DNA from: Promethearchaeota archaeon
GTDB taxonomy: Archaea > Asgardarchaeota > Hermodarchaeia > Hermodarchaeales > Hermodarchaeaceae
Assembly (NCBI GenBank): GCA_048938385.1
Contig: JBHLMG010000010.1
Span: 9,785 to 73,784 of the forward strand
Direction: 5' to 3'
Length of the DNA stretch: 64,000 bases
Shown here piece after piece: positions 10,701 through 19,257 of this stretch. A program made the position numbers and the translations under genes. Within the stretch, counting starts at the first letter, position 1. Every line of letters starts with the position of its first letter. The notes under the pieces were generated by a model, which saw only the letters and a list, made by a program, of their open reading frames with translations, did not search any database and was not told the origin of the DNA.

Positions 10701-13700
10701 CAACTTGACGGTTCTTATATCCTCACGATTTACTCTTCGGACCTAAATCAAGTCGCTGTTTGGGAAATTAAAATCACGATTAATAAATCGGGTGACTCTT
10801 ATCAAGGAGCCAGTCGCACCTTTCTTTTCAATGTTCGACAACGCTTAACCCAGGTCATCGTTGATCCTCCCACTTCTACACCCTATCAGCAAAATACGCC
10901 CATAACCTTTAGTTGGTTTGATCTGGATGCGGGTTCAACACCGATCGCGCTCTCGAGCGTCTACCAGGTTACGATCTCCGGATATGGGTCTCCACAAACC
11001 TTCACTAACCCTGGAACCTGGACAGTTACCCTCGTCACCAATACATGGACTCCTGGAATCTACAGTCTAAAGCTACTCATTACTGGAGATGATCCTCCGG
11101 GAATTTATAATCAGACCAAGTCGGCTGTGACCGTCCGAATTCGCATCCACTATACGGGTGTAACGGTGCAACCCCCGAATCCCACTCCTTGGGGTCGGGA
11201 CACCCTTATGACCGTACTCTGGACCGATTTAGACATCGGAGGAAATGTGCCCATTATTGAATTGGTTCAAGTTGTTGTTTCGGATGGTCCTGGTGGGGAT
11301 CAGACCTTCTTCAGCCTCTCCTTCACCTTAGATACAGATACCTGGAGTATCGGTGAATACATTCTCAATGTGACCGTGTATGCGAGAACTTCACCCTCCC
11401 GGTCATATAACGATGCCTGGGGGAGCGTGACCGTTGTTATTCGTATACATCGCGTCGAGGTTGTGGTGCCCACCCCCTCCCCTCGAGCCTGGGGACAAGA
11501 TACAGCGATGTCGGTAACCTGGAAGGACTTGGACACCAAAACCACTATTCCGGGAATTAACCTTGACAGTATCGTTGTCTCCGACGGTCCTGGCGGCGAT
11601 CAGACCTTCTTCAGCCTCTCTTTCATATTAGACACGGATGCGTGGGGTGTCGGGGAATACCTACTCAATGTGACGGTTTACCCGGATATGACGCCGCAGC
11701 TGTACGAGATTGCGAGTTATTTAGTCACCATCACGATTCGGGCCCACTATGTCAGTGTGACGGTTGATCCGCCCGCCCAAACACCGTGGGGAGCAGACAC
11801 CTCTCTCACTATTGCCTGGCGCGATGTTGACATGGATGCGCTAATTTCCGACACAGGCCTGGACAATGTCACCATCACTGGTGGGCCAGGGGGGAATCAG
11901 GTCTTCTTCACCCTCACCCCCACTTTGAGCACTAGTAGTTGGAGTGTTAACAGTTACAGCCTCACTGTTTGGGTATATGGCAACGCTTCTTATTATGTCA
12001 ACAGTGGACCCGTAACGGTAGTAATTCGCGGACACCAGACCCAAACCGTCGTTACCCCACCCCAGCAGACTCCCTTTGGCTTTGACACAGCCATCTCTGT
12101 TTCTTGGCTAGATCTCGATCTTGGCAGTATTGATGTGCCTGGAGGAAACCTACTGTCTGTTACTGTTTCGGGAGGTCCTGGTGGGGCCCAAGTGTTTGGC
12201 AGCCTGAGTTTCACCCTAGTTACCAATACTTGGAGCGTGAATACCTACATTCTCACCGTTACCGTTTCACCCTCAAATGCGAACTACCTTGGTAGCAGTT
12301 CGCAGACCACGATCATCATCCGCATTCACTACACCTCAATCACGGTCCAAACCCCCGAACCGACCCCTTGGGGGCTTAACACCCCCCTCACCGTGACCTG
12401 GACTGACCTGGACACTGGAGGACCAGTTCCCGGAGGCCAGTTACTCCAAGTGGTGGTGTCAAATTGCCCCGTCGGTGGCGATCAACCCTTTGGTAGCCTC
12501 AGCTTCACCCTCGTCACTGACACCTGGGCTCTGAGCTCTGGCTACTCGCTTATCGTCACCGTTTACGCCACTACTGGACCCCGCTCTTACAGCGACGCCA
12601 TTGGCAGCGTACTCGTGGCCATTCGCACCCACCGCGTCAATGTCGTCGTAACTGGTCCTGCACCCGTGCCTGAAGGTGGTCGTATTTTCATCAGCATCGA
12701 ATGGTCTGACATCGATACCTTAACACCAATTGGCACTGGAGTCTTAGATTATGTGATTGTCACAAAAACATCAGGTCCTCTAAACTCCCCTGGTTTACCA
12801 TATACTAACTGGACCCACCTTGAGTTCTACATCGATGCAACTGGTTGGGATACAGGTACCTTCAAGTTAAATGTCACCGTGTATTCGTCTAACCCTAACT
12901 ATGCTGATGGTTGGGGACCAGTAAACATCGTAATTCGTGTGCACTCTATTACAGCAGATGTCGATCCTATCCCCCGAGTTCCGTTTGGCAATGATATCAA
13001 CATAACGCTCCGCGTTGATGACAGTGATGATGCCATCCCACTGCCAGAAAACCATATTTCCTCTGTGGTGATCTCTGGGGGACCGTCAACTATCACCTTG
13101 GATAGTAGTAACTGGTGGATCTGGGTTGAAAACGGCACATTCGGCGTTGGCACTTATCTAATCACCTTAGATGTGTCAGGCTGGGCACTCAGTACCTATA
13201 ACCTTCAAATCAATGTGTATACCTCTTCGAGTTACGGAAATGGTGTGGTTTATACTCGACTAATAGTCCGAGCCCTCGCGATTAGCTTTACTTACCAAAG
13301 CCCACCCGTTGTTCCTTGGGGCGAAGATGGACTGCTCATCGTCACCTACATTGTGAGCGATGATGCCACGCAAGATGGTAATCCAATTGAACCGCCTGGG
13401 ATTACCATCAACATCGCCACACTAACGCAAGGTGTGCATTTTGATTGGACTTATTGGACGAACGGAAAATACAACATCACCTTTTACAGTTCGTACCTCA
13501 CATCCGTGCAGACCTACCAATTTGACATCACCATCTCTAAATCCGCTGAATATTCCACGGGCGTACTGAATGCTGTACCACTAACGGTCCGTTCGTTGTA
13601 CACCTGGTTACATCCGACAGATGTCCCAATAACCCCCTTCGGCGATCATGTCCTAATCGATGTCGAATACATCGTACTCGATGGTGAAAGCTCCCTTTTT

Positions 13701-16700
13701 GGACAACCCATCCATACTGGAAGCGAAATACTAACTATCACAGGCCTTGATGGCTTCAACCCCACCTCTGTAACCTGGCAATGGGTTGGCGCATTATCGA
13801 TCTATCGAATCAACATCAGTGCTACCGATATCACCGCCATCCAAGCTTACAAAATCATGATCAGCATTTCCGGCTCAGGCGCTGGGTATGACCCCGACAT
13901 TATTCCTTCACTCACTTTCAATGTGCGCACCGTTTTCACCGCACTAGCTGTGACGCCTGTCGACGCCCAGGCCTACCTTGACAACTTCACCATCCAGATT
14001 ACATATACGGTTAATGACCCTGACAGCTCCCGCAATGGGCGAGGCATCGATGGCCAAGCCTCTATCATTGAACTCGTCGAATACCCTGGGCTATTTACTG
14101 TGATTCCACTTGGCAATGGGATCTACAACATCATTATCAACTCAACTGGTGTAGGTGCGCCTGGTTCGTATCTCGCCACCATCACCACCGCCTGGACCCA
14201 ATCGCCACCCCCCTACGCCATCCAGACCCGACAAGTCACCCTCTTCGTAACCGAACGCCCTACCAGAATCCGAAACACCATCGGCGAGGAATATGGGTAT
14301 CTCGACGAAATCCTCATAAACTTCACCTACTCGGATCTAATACGCCTTGAATGGATCCTGAATACCTCCTATGGGGGAGGACACATCTTCATTTCGGTCT
14401 ACAACAATACTCCTGCGACTCCAGTTTTGATTCCAAACGATGCGTGGTATGTTACAGAAATCATTGGAGGAACTCATGCTTTTCAACTTCATATCCAAGC
14501 TAACTATTTCCTTAGAGTCAACACCTTCTTTGATTTCCTAGTCAATGTAACTTGGCAACCCGCAACAGCCCCCTACTTCCAATTCCGAATTTTCGAATTC
14601 CGAGCCTATGTGGTAGGTCAACGAACCAATGTGATCTTCCAACCAAGTACAGGACCTACTCCCTACTACTCGAACATCAACATCGTATTTCGATTTGTCA
14701 CTGAACAGGGTGCACCTATTAACCAAGATAGCTGGCCTTTAGTTGCTGTATCCCTTCTCTGCGAACAAGTGCCTAGCTTTGGCATTCAAGGACTAGACTG
14801 GGATTACACCTTTACAGGAAGTGGGTTTTATGAAATCTGGATCGACTCTACCCGACTCATTGGAATTGGCTCTTACACCTTCTATGTGAATGTAACCTAC
14901 CCTGGAGGGGCTGACCCCTTCTTTGAATCCCAGTACAACGAACCTGTCACACGATTAGTGCGATACATCGATACCTTGTTAACCTATATCGATCCCGGTC
15001 CCTTGTATTATGGCGATGACCTGACCCTCACGGTCCGATATTGGGATCGCGATAACGATGTCCCAGTACCAAACATCCCACCAATTAATTTCACTCTTAC
15101 TGGTGGAACCTACTCAGGACCAACTCCATTGGGAGGGGGATGGTGGGAATTTATCGTTGCCACCTCGGGAATAGGTGCTGGTGGAGAATTCACGATTTCA
15201 GTCTATGCAAATCAAAGCTATTACTATTGGCAGAGCCTATCTGTTCCAGTCTACATCTATGAAGTCCCATTACAAATCACACTCGATACTCCACCCATCA
15301 TCGATAGGTATTATGGGCAATTGGACCCTGCTTGGGTTAATGTAACCATAACAATTGGTGCGGGTTCGTTGAAAGACACTGAAGTCCTCAATGCCTTAGT
15401 TCAAGCCATATGGGATGAACCCACCCTCACTTTCATTAACAACACCGATGGAACTTATTCGTGTGACATAGGCACACTTTGGAATAAGGGTCGATACACC
15501 ATAGAAATTCGAGCATCATTACCTGGATACTACTCCAACGATTCAATTTTCATCATTTATACCATTACAGCTGGTCCAAGCATCCTCGATGTGTATGGAA
15601 GGCCAAGCACATCATTCTACTTGTATGCGGGTGACCTCTATTTTATCGCCGTCAACTTTACAACTCCAGACGGAACGCCCCTAACAGGTGCAGAAGTCAC
15701 TTGGAGTAGTGCAGATTTAACACCATCCTCCGGAGACCTTTCTGAGACTTTCCCTGGAATCTATAATGCGAGTTTCAGTTCGCTTGGTTACGGATTATTC
15801 ATCTACACAATTTCTGTCAAGGCATCCTTAGGCGGAAATGTCCAGTCGCAAACGCTCACATTCCAAATTGATGTCCGCTACACACCGGCAAAGATCCAAC
15901 CTGCAGACAACAACTATTTCATACCTGTAGAGTATTCTGAAAACTTCACCCTCATATTCTACTTCAATGACACACTGAATAACCAACCAATACCTAGCGA
16001 ACTAATCCTTGCTAGATGGGATCCACTTCCTGGGGGAAATGCAACGCTAAATCCAATGGCCGGTGGGTTCTACAACTACACATTTCCAGCTACACTGTTA
16101 GCTGGGCTCACATATCCATTATATCTTACTTACATTGGTTCGACAGCCTTTGATTGTCCTCCAACCACAATAACCATCCAAATAACACCACGCCTAACAA
16201 GCCCTGTCGACCAAGCGAATATCGTGTCCGTTCGTGAAGACTGGAATAAGACGATTAGTATTCTTCAAGTACCTGTTGGTGATTGGCTCTACATCTACCT
16301 CAATTATACTGATGCTGATGGCATACCAATTCTTTACGGAGAAGGGATCGTTACTGTTGGCGATGTCGGAGTGTCCGGAGTGTTCTATTTTGATGCGAGT
16401 AAAGGACTGTATGTGGTAACTCTCAATGCTAGTGACTTCGGTCGTGGAACTTGGTCCTTACGGGTGACAGTTTCGAGAACCAACTTCGAAAGTTCAACCT
16501 ATGCAACTAACTTCGAAGTGATTCAGATTCCCACAGCACTGACGGTCACAGAAATTGATGAAGTCCCAGTAGTGGAACCCGGAAGTGCGTACTTCTATAT
16601 TGGATCACCACTGACCATTCACCTCTTTCTAAATGACACTTGGCACAATGAAGGGGTTGAAGGCGCTACGCTTACCCTTCCCAGAACTCTAGTTGATGCA

Positions 16701-17678
16701 GGTTTTGTAATTGTACCACTAGAAGACGGTTACTATGAAATCCAAGGAACCTGGAATCTCTTTTCGCTCACAACAACTTCAATAGCTCTCACGGTTACAG
16801 CTGAGAAGACTGAACCGCTAAGGCACGAAACCGCCCAATTGTCAGGGTGGGTTCTGACATTTTCGCCCCCAGCCACTTTGCTAATAACAGTGTATGGTGG
16901 AATCGGTGCGGCGGTGATGCTCATCGTCGTCCTTATGACTTGGCTCTTATGGGTTCGTGTCTTTTCTATTCCTTGGGAAGTTCGTCGGATGCGATCGTTA
17001 GCAAAGACCGTCGAGAAGGACGAAAACTTCAAGCTAAGTAAGAAGGATCTAAAGCGCTTCCATGCCCGTGAACTTACGCTCAAGGATAAGGTCACTACAG
17101 CCATGGCTACCGTTGGGGTGGCGGCAACGCCCGCGATGATGCCGGCTATCGAAACGGTTGAAGAGGTTACAGCCACTGAGGAAGACATCATGGGAGAACT
17201 CGACAAGATTCCTGGGTTAGGCCCTGAAGAGAAAGGTGTACTCGCTGAAGAGATGCGCAAGATTCCACGCAAGGATCGAATCTGGTTCCTAGACGACCTC
17301 CGCAAGCAGATGGGCCAGCGTCGGATGGACTTTCTCACAAAACGTGAATTAGGGGAAGTGACCGAAGTACCCGAAGCAATACCACCGACGGAAGCTCCAC
17401 CAGAGGTGCCCCTGGACAAAGTGAAGGCCGCTGAACCACCACCACCTGAGAAGGCGTTAACGGAGGACCGGACCGCACCAACTGTACTACCACCGGAGTT
17501 TCAGCCACCACCGGTTGACCCCGCGGTGGAAGCGGAGATTAACCGTGAGTTAGCCAAGATTCCTGGCCTCTCGGCGCAGGAGAAAAAGGACTTACTTGAC
17601 CACCTGAAGTACCTGTCGAAAGAGGAGCGGAAGGCAACTTACATTTCGTTACGCCAGTCTGCGGACAGGGAAGACTAG
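7779..17678 (+). CDS. giant (3299 aa) type I surface protein: signal peptide, jelly-roll-like head, ~25-30 Ig-like modules, one TM helix, ~235-aa cytoplasmic tail
   Basis: Single uninterrupted ORF. N-terminal signal peptide is MQRRTLTCLVLLTLFLFSSVNLF. The body is reiterated ~100-aa beta-rich modules, each ending in (V/I)x(V/I)R, with many N-x-S/T sequons. TM helix is LLITVYGGIGAAVMLIVVLMTWLLWVRVF (nt ~16881-16967), followed by a charged tail. Confidence 0.9.
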   Translation: MQRRTLTCLVLLTLFLFSSVNLFTSNVGTPLLGEPATDSSGGTQIESARSPTAPPPPEGPTWDGSEYLYQGLGQTLPSQEFSYGPTAILGVTDLDFGETATGQIDIPQGWTGYYLTASVYNLFDKISHIAGNTRNGNFESGTTSPNYWVESKRGMSGGGIAGLSWNWGTDWGETDKGINIWANTSGYPWQANLNLIEYIGWTQTIDLNRIDPTYAWLSFDVRFYDDNVHGRDDDDEMAVYAEVGGAERIFVCWRYCPNAWRQGWQFYNINFSLTPDELQSWTSDTINVTLGMTVDFDWTINNYFAMDFDNVELIVRGKASPTANGLQLRLNSSSSWVNPTYGSGTISLAGTWGPYPSDDYVVASWTTVSAISRNVDFNYTLTLYIKRSGTTEAQTGPEGSTFLVKHGLNASWTAWFFADFYSTYYTNYNFTIKKPAGGTWSLSSVTDPNLNSKTAEVLAQSNATYWCLPASLITAFGWWKFTFTSFNQIESVSGLQSLYRINPRSPSILSITVTFESVTSGEVNLTIYNAQHQHVYSAPTGTVTGGTHPFTVDFDDGDLFPAGTYDLCISYDDNVTLSQVGFYRATFDIEHDSSLTPETTPLTVGYNDGGFFYPRVAYNDIETSGSPFIGNTSGSVTVTGQVSGRPLVTFRQVGSLYQAIVPDTYAQPGDHNLAVTADDPFYDAAQTTIVLRVRSSTTLSSPTPGYTAYYLETFMLQVFYEDNNGTGISGAASWFTTPGWSGTSITPGGSAGWYNIQADSDADGRIIGTHTLTVTVTDPSAYYQSRTLQFTIVVRGRNTLLTSTTPSSVPYGATARFSITLSDLDGGAPPNNSTNKLHLSLWRGGVRWTSPEASIIYGGANGKWNISVDTGFLPGVGDYTFEVRFEWYHISSDNSPFYGNRTVDVTVSARLVGTSITYDPPNPIPINDDADITIYYQIDDPIYFPISRIFGIVKADVTVLLNGTNLGTGFDWDPQLDGSYILTIYSSDLNQVAVWEIKITINKSGDSYQGASRTFLFNVRQRLTQVIVDPPTSTPYQQNTPITFSWFDLDAGSTPIALSSVYQVTISGYGSPQTFTNPGTWTVTLVTNTWTPGIYSLKLLITGDDPPGIYNQTKSAVTVRIRIHYTGVTVQPPNPTPWGRDTLMTVLWTDLDIGGNVPIIELVQVVVSDGPGGDQTFFSLSFTLDTDTWSIGEYILNVTVYARTSPSRSYNDAWGSVTVVIRIHRVEVVVPTPSPRAWGQDTAMSVTWKDLDTKTTIPGINLDSIVVSDGPGGDQTFFSLSFILDTDAWGVGEYLLNVTVYPDMTPQLYEIASYLVTITIRAHYVSVTVDPPAQTPWGADTSLTIAWRDVDMDALISDTGLDNVTITGGPGGNQVFFTLTPTLSTSSWSVNSYSLTVWVYGNASYYVNSGPVTVVIRGHQTQTVVTPPQQTPFGFDTAISVSWLDLDLGSIDVPGGNLLSVTVSGGPGGAQVFGSLSFTLVTNTWSVNTYILTVTVSPSNANYLGSSSQTTIIIRIHYTSITVQTPEPTPWGLNTPLTVTWTDLDTGGPVPGGQLLQVVVSNCPVGGDQPFGSLSFTLVTDTWALSSGYSLIVTVYATTGPRSYSDAIGSVLVAIRTHRVNVVVTGPAPVPEGGRIFISIEWSDIDTLTPIGTGVLDYVIVTKTSGPLNSPGLPYTNWTHLEFYIDATGWDTGTFKLNVTVYSSNPNYADGWGPVNIVIRVHSITADVDPIPRVPFGNDINITLRVDDSDDAIPLPENHISSVVISGGPSTITLDSSNWWIWVENGTFGVGTYLITLDVSGWALSTYNLQINVYTSSSYGNGVVYTRLIVRALAISFTYQSPPVVPWGEDGLLIVTYIVSDDATQDGNPIEPPGITINIATLTQGVHFDWTYWTNGKYNITFYSSYLTSVQTYQFDITISKSAEYSTGVLNAVPLTVRSLYTWLHPTDVPITPFGDHVLIDVEYIVLDGESSLFGQPIHTGSEILTITGLDGFNPTSVTWQWVGALSIYRINISATDITAIQAYKIMISISGSGAGYDPDIIPSLTFNVRTVFTALAVTPVDAQAYLDNFTIQITYTVNDPDSSRNGRGIDGQASIIELVEYPGLFTVIPLGNGIYNIIINSTGVGAPGSYLATITTAWTQSPPPYAIQTRQVTLFVTERPTRIRNTIGEEYGYLDEILINFTYSDLIRLEWILNTSYGGGHIFISVYNNTPATPVLIPNDAWYVTEIIGGTHAFQLHIQANYFLRVNTFFDFLVNVTWQPATAPYFQFRIFEFRAYVVGQRTNVIFQPSTGPTPYYSNINIVFRFVTEQGAPINQDSWPLVAVSLLCEQVPSFGIQGLDWDYTFTGSGFYEIWIDSTRLIGIGSYTFYVNVTYPGGADPFFESQYNEPVTRLVRYIDTLLTYIDPGPLYYGDDLTLTVRYWDRDNDVPVPNIPPINFTLTGGTYSGPTPLGGGWWEFIVATSGIGAGGEFTISVYANQSYYYWQSLSVPVYIYEVPLQITLDTPPIIDRYYGQLDPAWVNVTITIGAGSLKDTEVLNALVQAIWDEPTLTFINNTDGTYSCDIGTLWNKGRYTIEIRASLPGYYSNDSIFIIYTITAGPSILDVYGRPSTSFYLYAGDLYFIAVNFTTPDGTPLTGAEVTWSSADLTPSSGDLSETFPGIYNASFSSLGYGLFIYTISVKASLGGNVQSQTLTFQIDVRYTPAKIQPADNNYFIPVEYSENFTLIFYFNDTLNNQPIPSELILARWDPLPGGNATLNPMAGGFYNYTFPATLLAGLTYPLYLTYIGSTAFDCPPTTITIQITPRLTSPVDQANIVSVREDWNKTISILQVPVGDWLYIYLNYTDADGIPILYGEGIVTVGDVGVSGVFYFDASKGLYVVTLNASDFGRGTWSLRVTVSRTNFESSTYATNFEVIQIPTALTVTEIDEVPVVEPGSAYFYIGSPLTIHLFLNDTWHNEGVEGATLTLPRTLVDAGFVIVPLEDGYYEIQGTWNLFSLTTTSIALTVTAEKTEPLRHETAQLSGWVLTFSPPATLLITVYGGIGAAVMLIVVLMTWLLWVRVFSIPWEVRRMRSLAKTVEKDENFKLSKKDLKRFHARELTLKDKVTTAMATVGVAATPAMMPAIETVEEVTATEEDIMGELDKIPGLGPEEKGVLAEEMRKIPRKDRIWFLDDLRKQMGQRRMDFLTKRELGEVTEVPEAIPPTEAPPEVPLDKVKAAEPPPPEKALTEDRTAPTVLPPEFQPPPVDPAVEAEINRELAKIPGLSAQEKKDLLDHLKYLSKEERKATYISLRQSADRED
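10834..13270 (+). repeat. in-frame tandem array of ~8 units of ~300 bp (about 100-aa Ig-like modules) inside the giant gene
   Basis: Units share HY/HR-x-V-x-V-x-PP-x-PTPWG-x-DT...W-x-DLD...VVVSDGPGGDQ-x-FFSLSF-x-LDTD-x-W...Y-x-LNVTVY. A 23-nt exact match, GATCAGACCTTCTTCAGCCTCTC, occurs at 11298-11320 and 11598-11620, exactly 300 nt apart. Confidence 0.8.
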
Positions 17679-17681
17679 CTT

Positions 17682-19094
17682 TTACGGGCGTTGGCACCAC
17701 GCCGCGTACCGGGTCATGGTGCCCATGGTCCTTGCAGCGCGTTCAGGCATAGGATAGACCGGAATTCCTGCGTTCTGAAGTTGTCGGATGCCTGAGTCGC
17801 TGTTATCTTGGGTCGAAGAGATGAGGACCGGTTTGTCGTACTGTTGCACAGTGTGAATGAGGCGTTGTGTTGCGTCGAGGAATTCTTGGCGCATCGATGT
17901 GACGAGGGGTTGGGGGACATCGGGGCTGTGTTGGAACTGGTCCATGAGGTCGGGACCAAAGAAGCCGTGAATCAACAGGGAGTCGATGGTGGGTTGCTGT
18001 AAAAGGATATCAGCACATTGGGCGAAGAGGTTCATATTGATAGTGAAAGTACTATCCACGGGGTTACCAGTGACTGCTGTGGGTGGCAGAATGGTGCGGA
18101 GCTGTGCTTGCACTGCGTCTTCTAGTAAAGGAACCTCCAGACCTTCTTCTGCACACACATCAGTCAAGGAGACGCCTGGGCCACCTGAGTTGGTGAGGAT
18201 CGCTACACGGTTCCCCCTAGGAAGAGGTTGATGCCCCAAGGCCATAGCCCAGTCGAAGAGATCTTCTAGACTTGTTCCTAGGTGTATACCAGCTTGTTTC
18301 ATGGCTCCCTGAAACACTTCATTACCTCCGACTAAGGCACCGGTATGAGATTTAGCCGCGCGTTGTCCAGCTTGAGTGCGTCCGACTTTCATCAACAGGA
18401 TTGGTTTGTTCCAGGTGATCTCTTTGGCCGCTTGGAGAAATCGAGGACCGTCCCGAAAGCCTTCGATGTACAAGATGATAACGCGGGTTTCAGGGTCATC
18501 GACCAGGAGCTTGATGTAATCGGTGCAGGTGAGGAGGGCTTCGTTGCCGGTGCTGATGACGGTGCTGAGTCCTAAGCCCCAGCGTTCGATAGCGAGGAAG
18601 TTTTGAGCTGCAAAGGCTCCGCTCTGAGAGACGAAGGCAACAGGTCCTTGGCGCGGAAAATAGGGCATGGAAGTGAGGTTGAGTTTGAGCGCGGGGCGAC
18701 TGATACCAACGCAGTTGGGTCCCATGAGGTTGAAGTTATGGCGTTTGGCAATAGCAGTAATCTCTGCTTCAGCGGCTTCTCCGTTAGGTCCGACTTCACG
18801 GTAGCCTGCGGTGATCAGGATGACATTCTTAATGCCGGCTTGGGCGCATTGGTCCAGAATCTCTGGAACCGCAATTTTTGGAACGATAATTGCAGCAAGG
18901 TCCGGGGTAGGGCAGTCTAAGACGCTAGCGTAGGCGGGGTAGCCATGAACGGTTTTGGCTTTAGGATTAATGGGATAGACTTGGCCTTGGTAACCACCCG
19001 CACGGACATTGAAGGTTATGAGGGAGCCCATTTTGGTGATGTTAGTGGAGGCTCCCACGATGGCGATGGATTTAGGATTGAGTAGGCGTTCCAT
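17682..19094 (-). CDS. acetate--CoA ligase (ADP-forming) alpha subunit / CoA-binding domain protein
   Basis: The N-terminus LLNPKSIAIVGAS...YPINP, then ITAGY and GPNCVG, matches the ACD-alpha / succinyl-CoA-synthetase-like CoA-binding and flavodoxin domains. 470 aa. Confidence 0.8.
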   Translation of the reverse strand: MERLLNPKSIAIVGASTNITKMGSLITFNVRAGGYQGQVYPINPKAKTVHGYPAYASVLDCPTPDLAAIIVPKIAVPEILDQCAQAGIKNVILITAGYREVGPNGEAAEAEITAIAKRHNFNLMGPNCVGISRPALKLNLTSMPYFPRQGPVAFVSQSGAFAAQNFLAIERWGLGLSTVISTGNEALLTCTDYIKLLVDDPETRVIILYIEGFRDGPRFLQAAKEITWNKPILLMKVGRTQAGQRAAKSHTGALVGGNEVFQGAMKQAGIHLGTSLEDLFDWAMALGHQPLPRGNRVAILTNSGGPGVSLTDVCAEEGLEVPLLEDAVQAQLRTILPPTAVTGNPVDSTFTINMNLFAQCADILLQQPTIDSLLIHGFFGPDLMDQFQHSPDVPQPLVTSMRQEFLDATQRLIHTVQQYDKPVLISSTQDNSDSGIRQLQNAGIPVYPMPERAARTMGTMTRYAAWCQRP

Positions 19095-19257
19095 GTAACG
19101 GGTCTCCTGTGACCCTTTCTGTTTTCACTTTCGATTGTAGTGCATTGAGGGAGGTGGATTCCCATAAGCCTTCTGGCTGGTATGCAAAATGGAAAATAAT
19201 TAAGGGACCAACCACAAGTAGCAGTTCCAAGTTTTGGTTCTACAAGGAGGGTTCCAC

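Noticed and set aside
10834-13270. Regular 300-bp periodicity, considered as a possible CRISPR-like or satellite array.
   Set aside because: The period is in-frame coding sequence for protein modules. There is no short-repeat/unique-spacer organisation, and no cas genes occur anywhere in the window.
8208-17419. Numerous 60-230-aa ORFs on both strands inside the giant gene, for example 8208-8615(-), 9811-10101(+) and 16733-17419(-).
   Set aside because: All lie within the uninterrupted 3299-codon frame. They have low-complexity or odd composition and no start-site context, so I treat them as frame shadows.
17676-17684. Convergent gene ends with essentially no intergenic space: the giant gene and ACD-alpha are 3 nt apart. 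There are also overlapping convergent stops at 2100-2103 and 48678-48681.
   Set aside because: This is ordinary for compact archaeal genomes. It means termination occurs inside the opposing gene, but I see no specific element to report.
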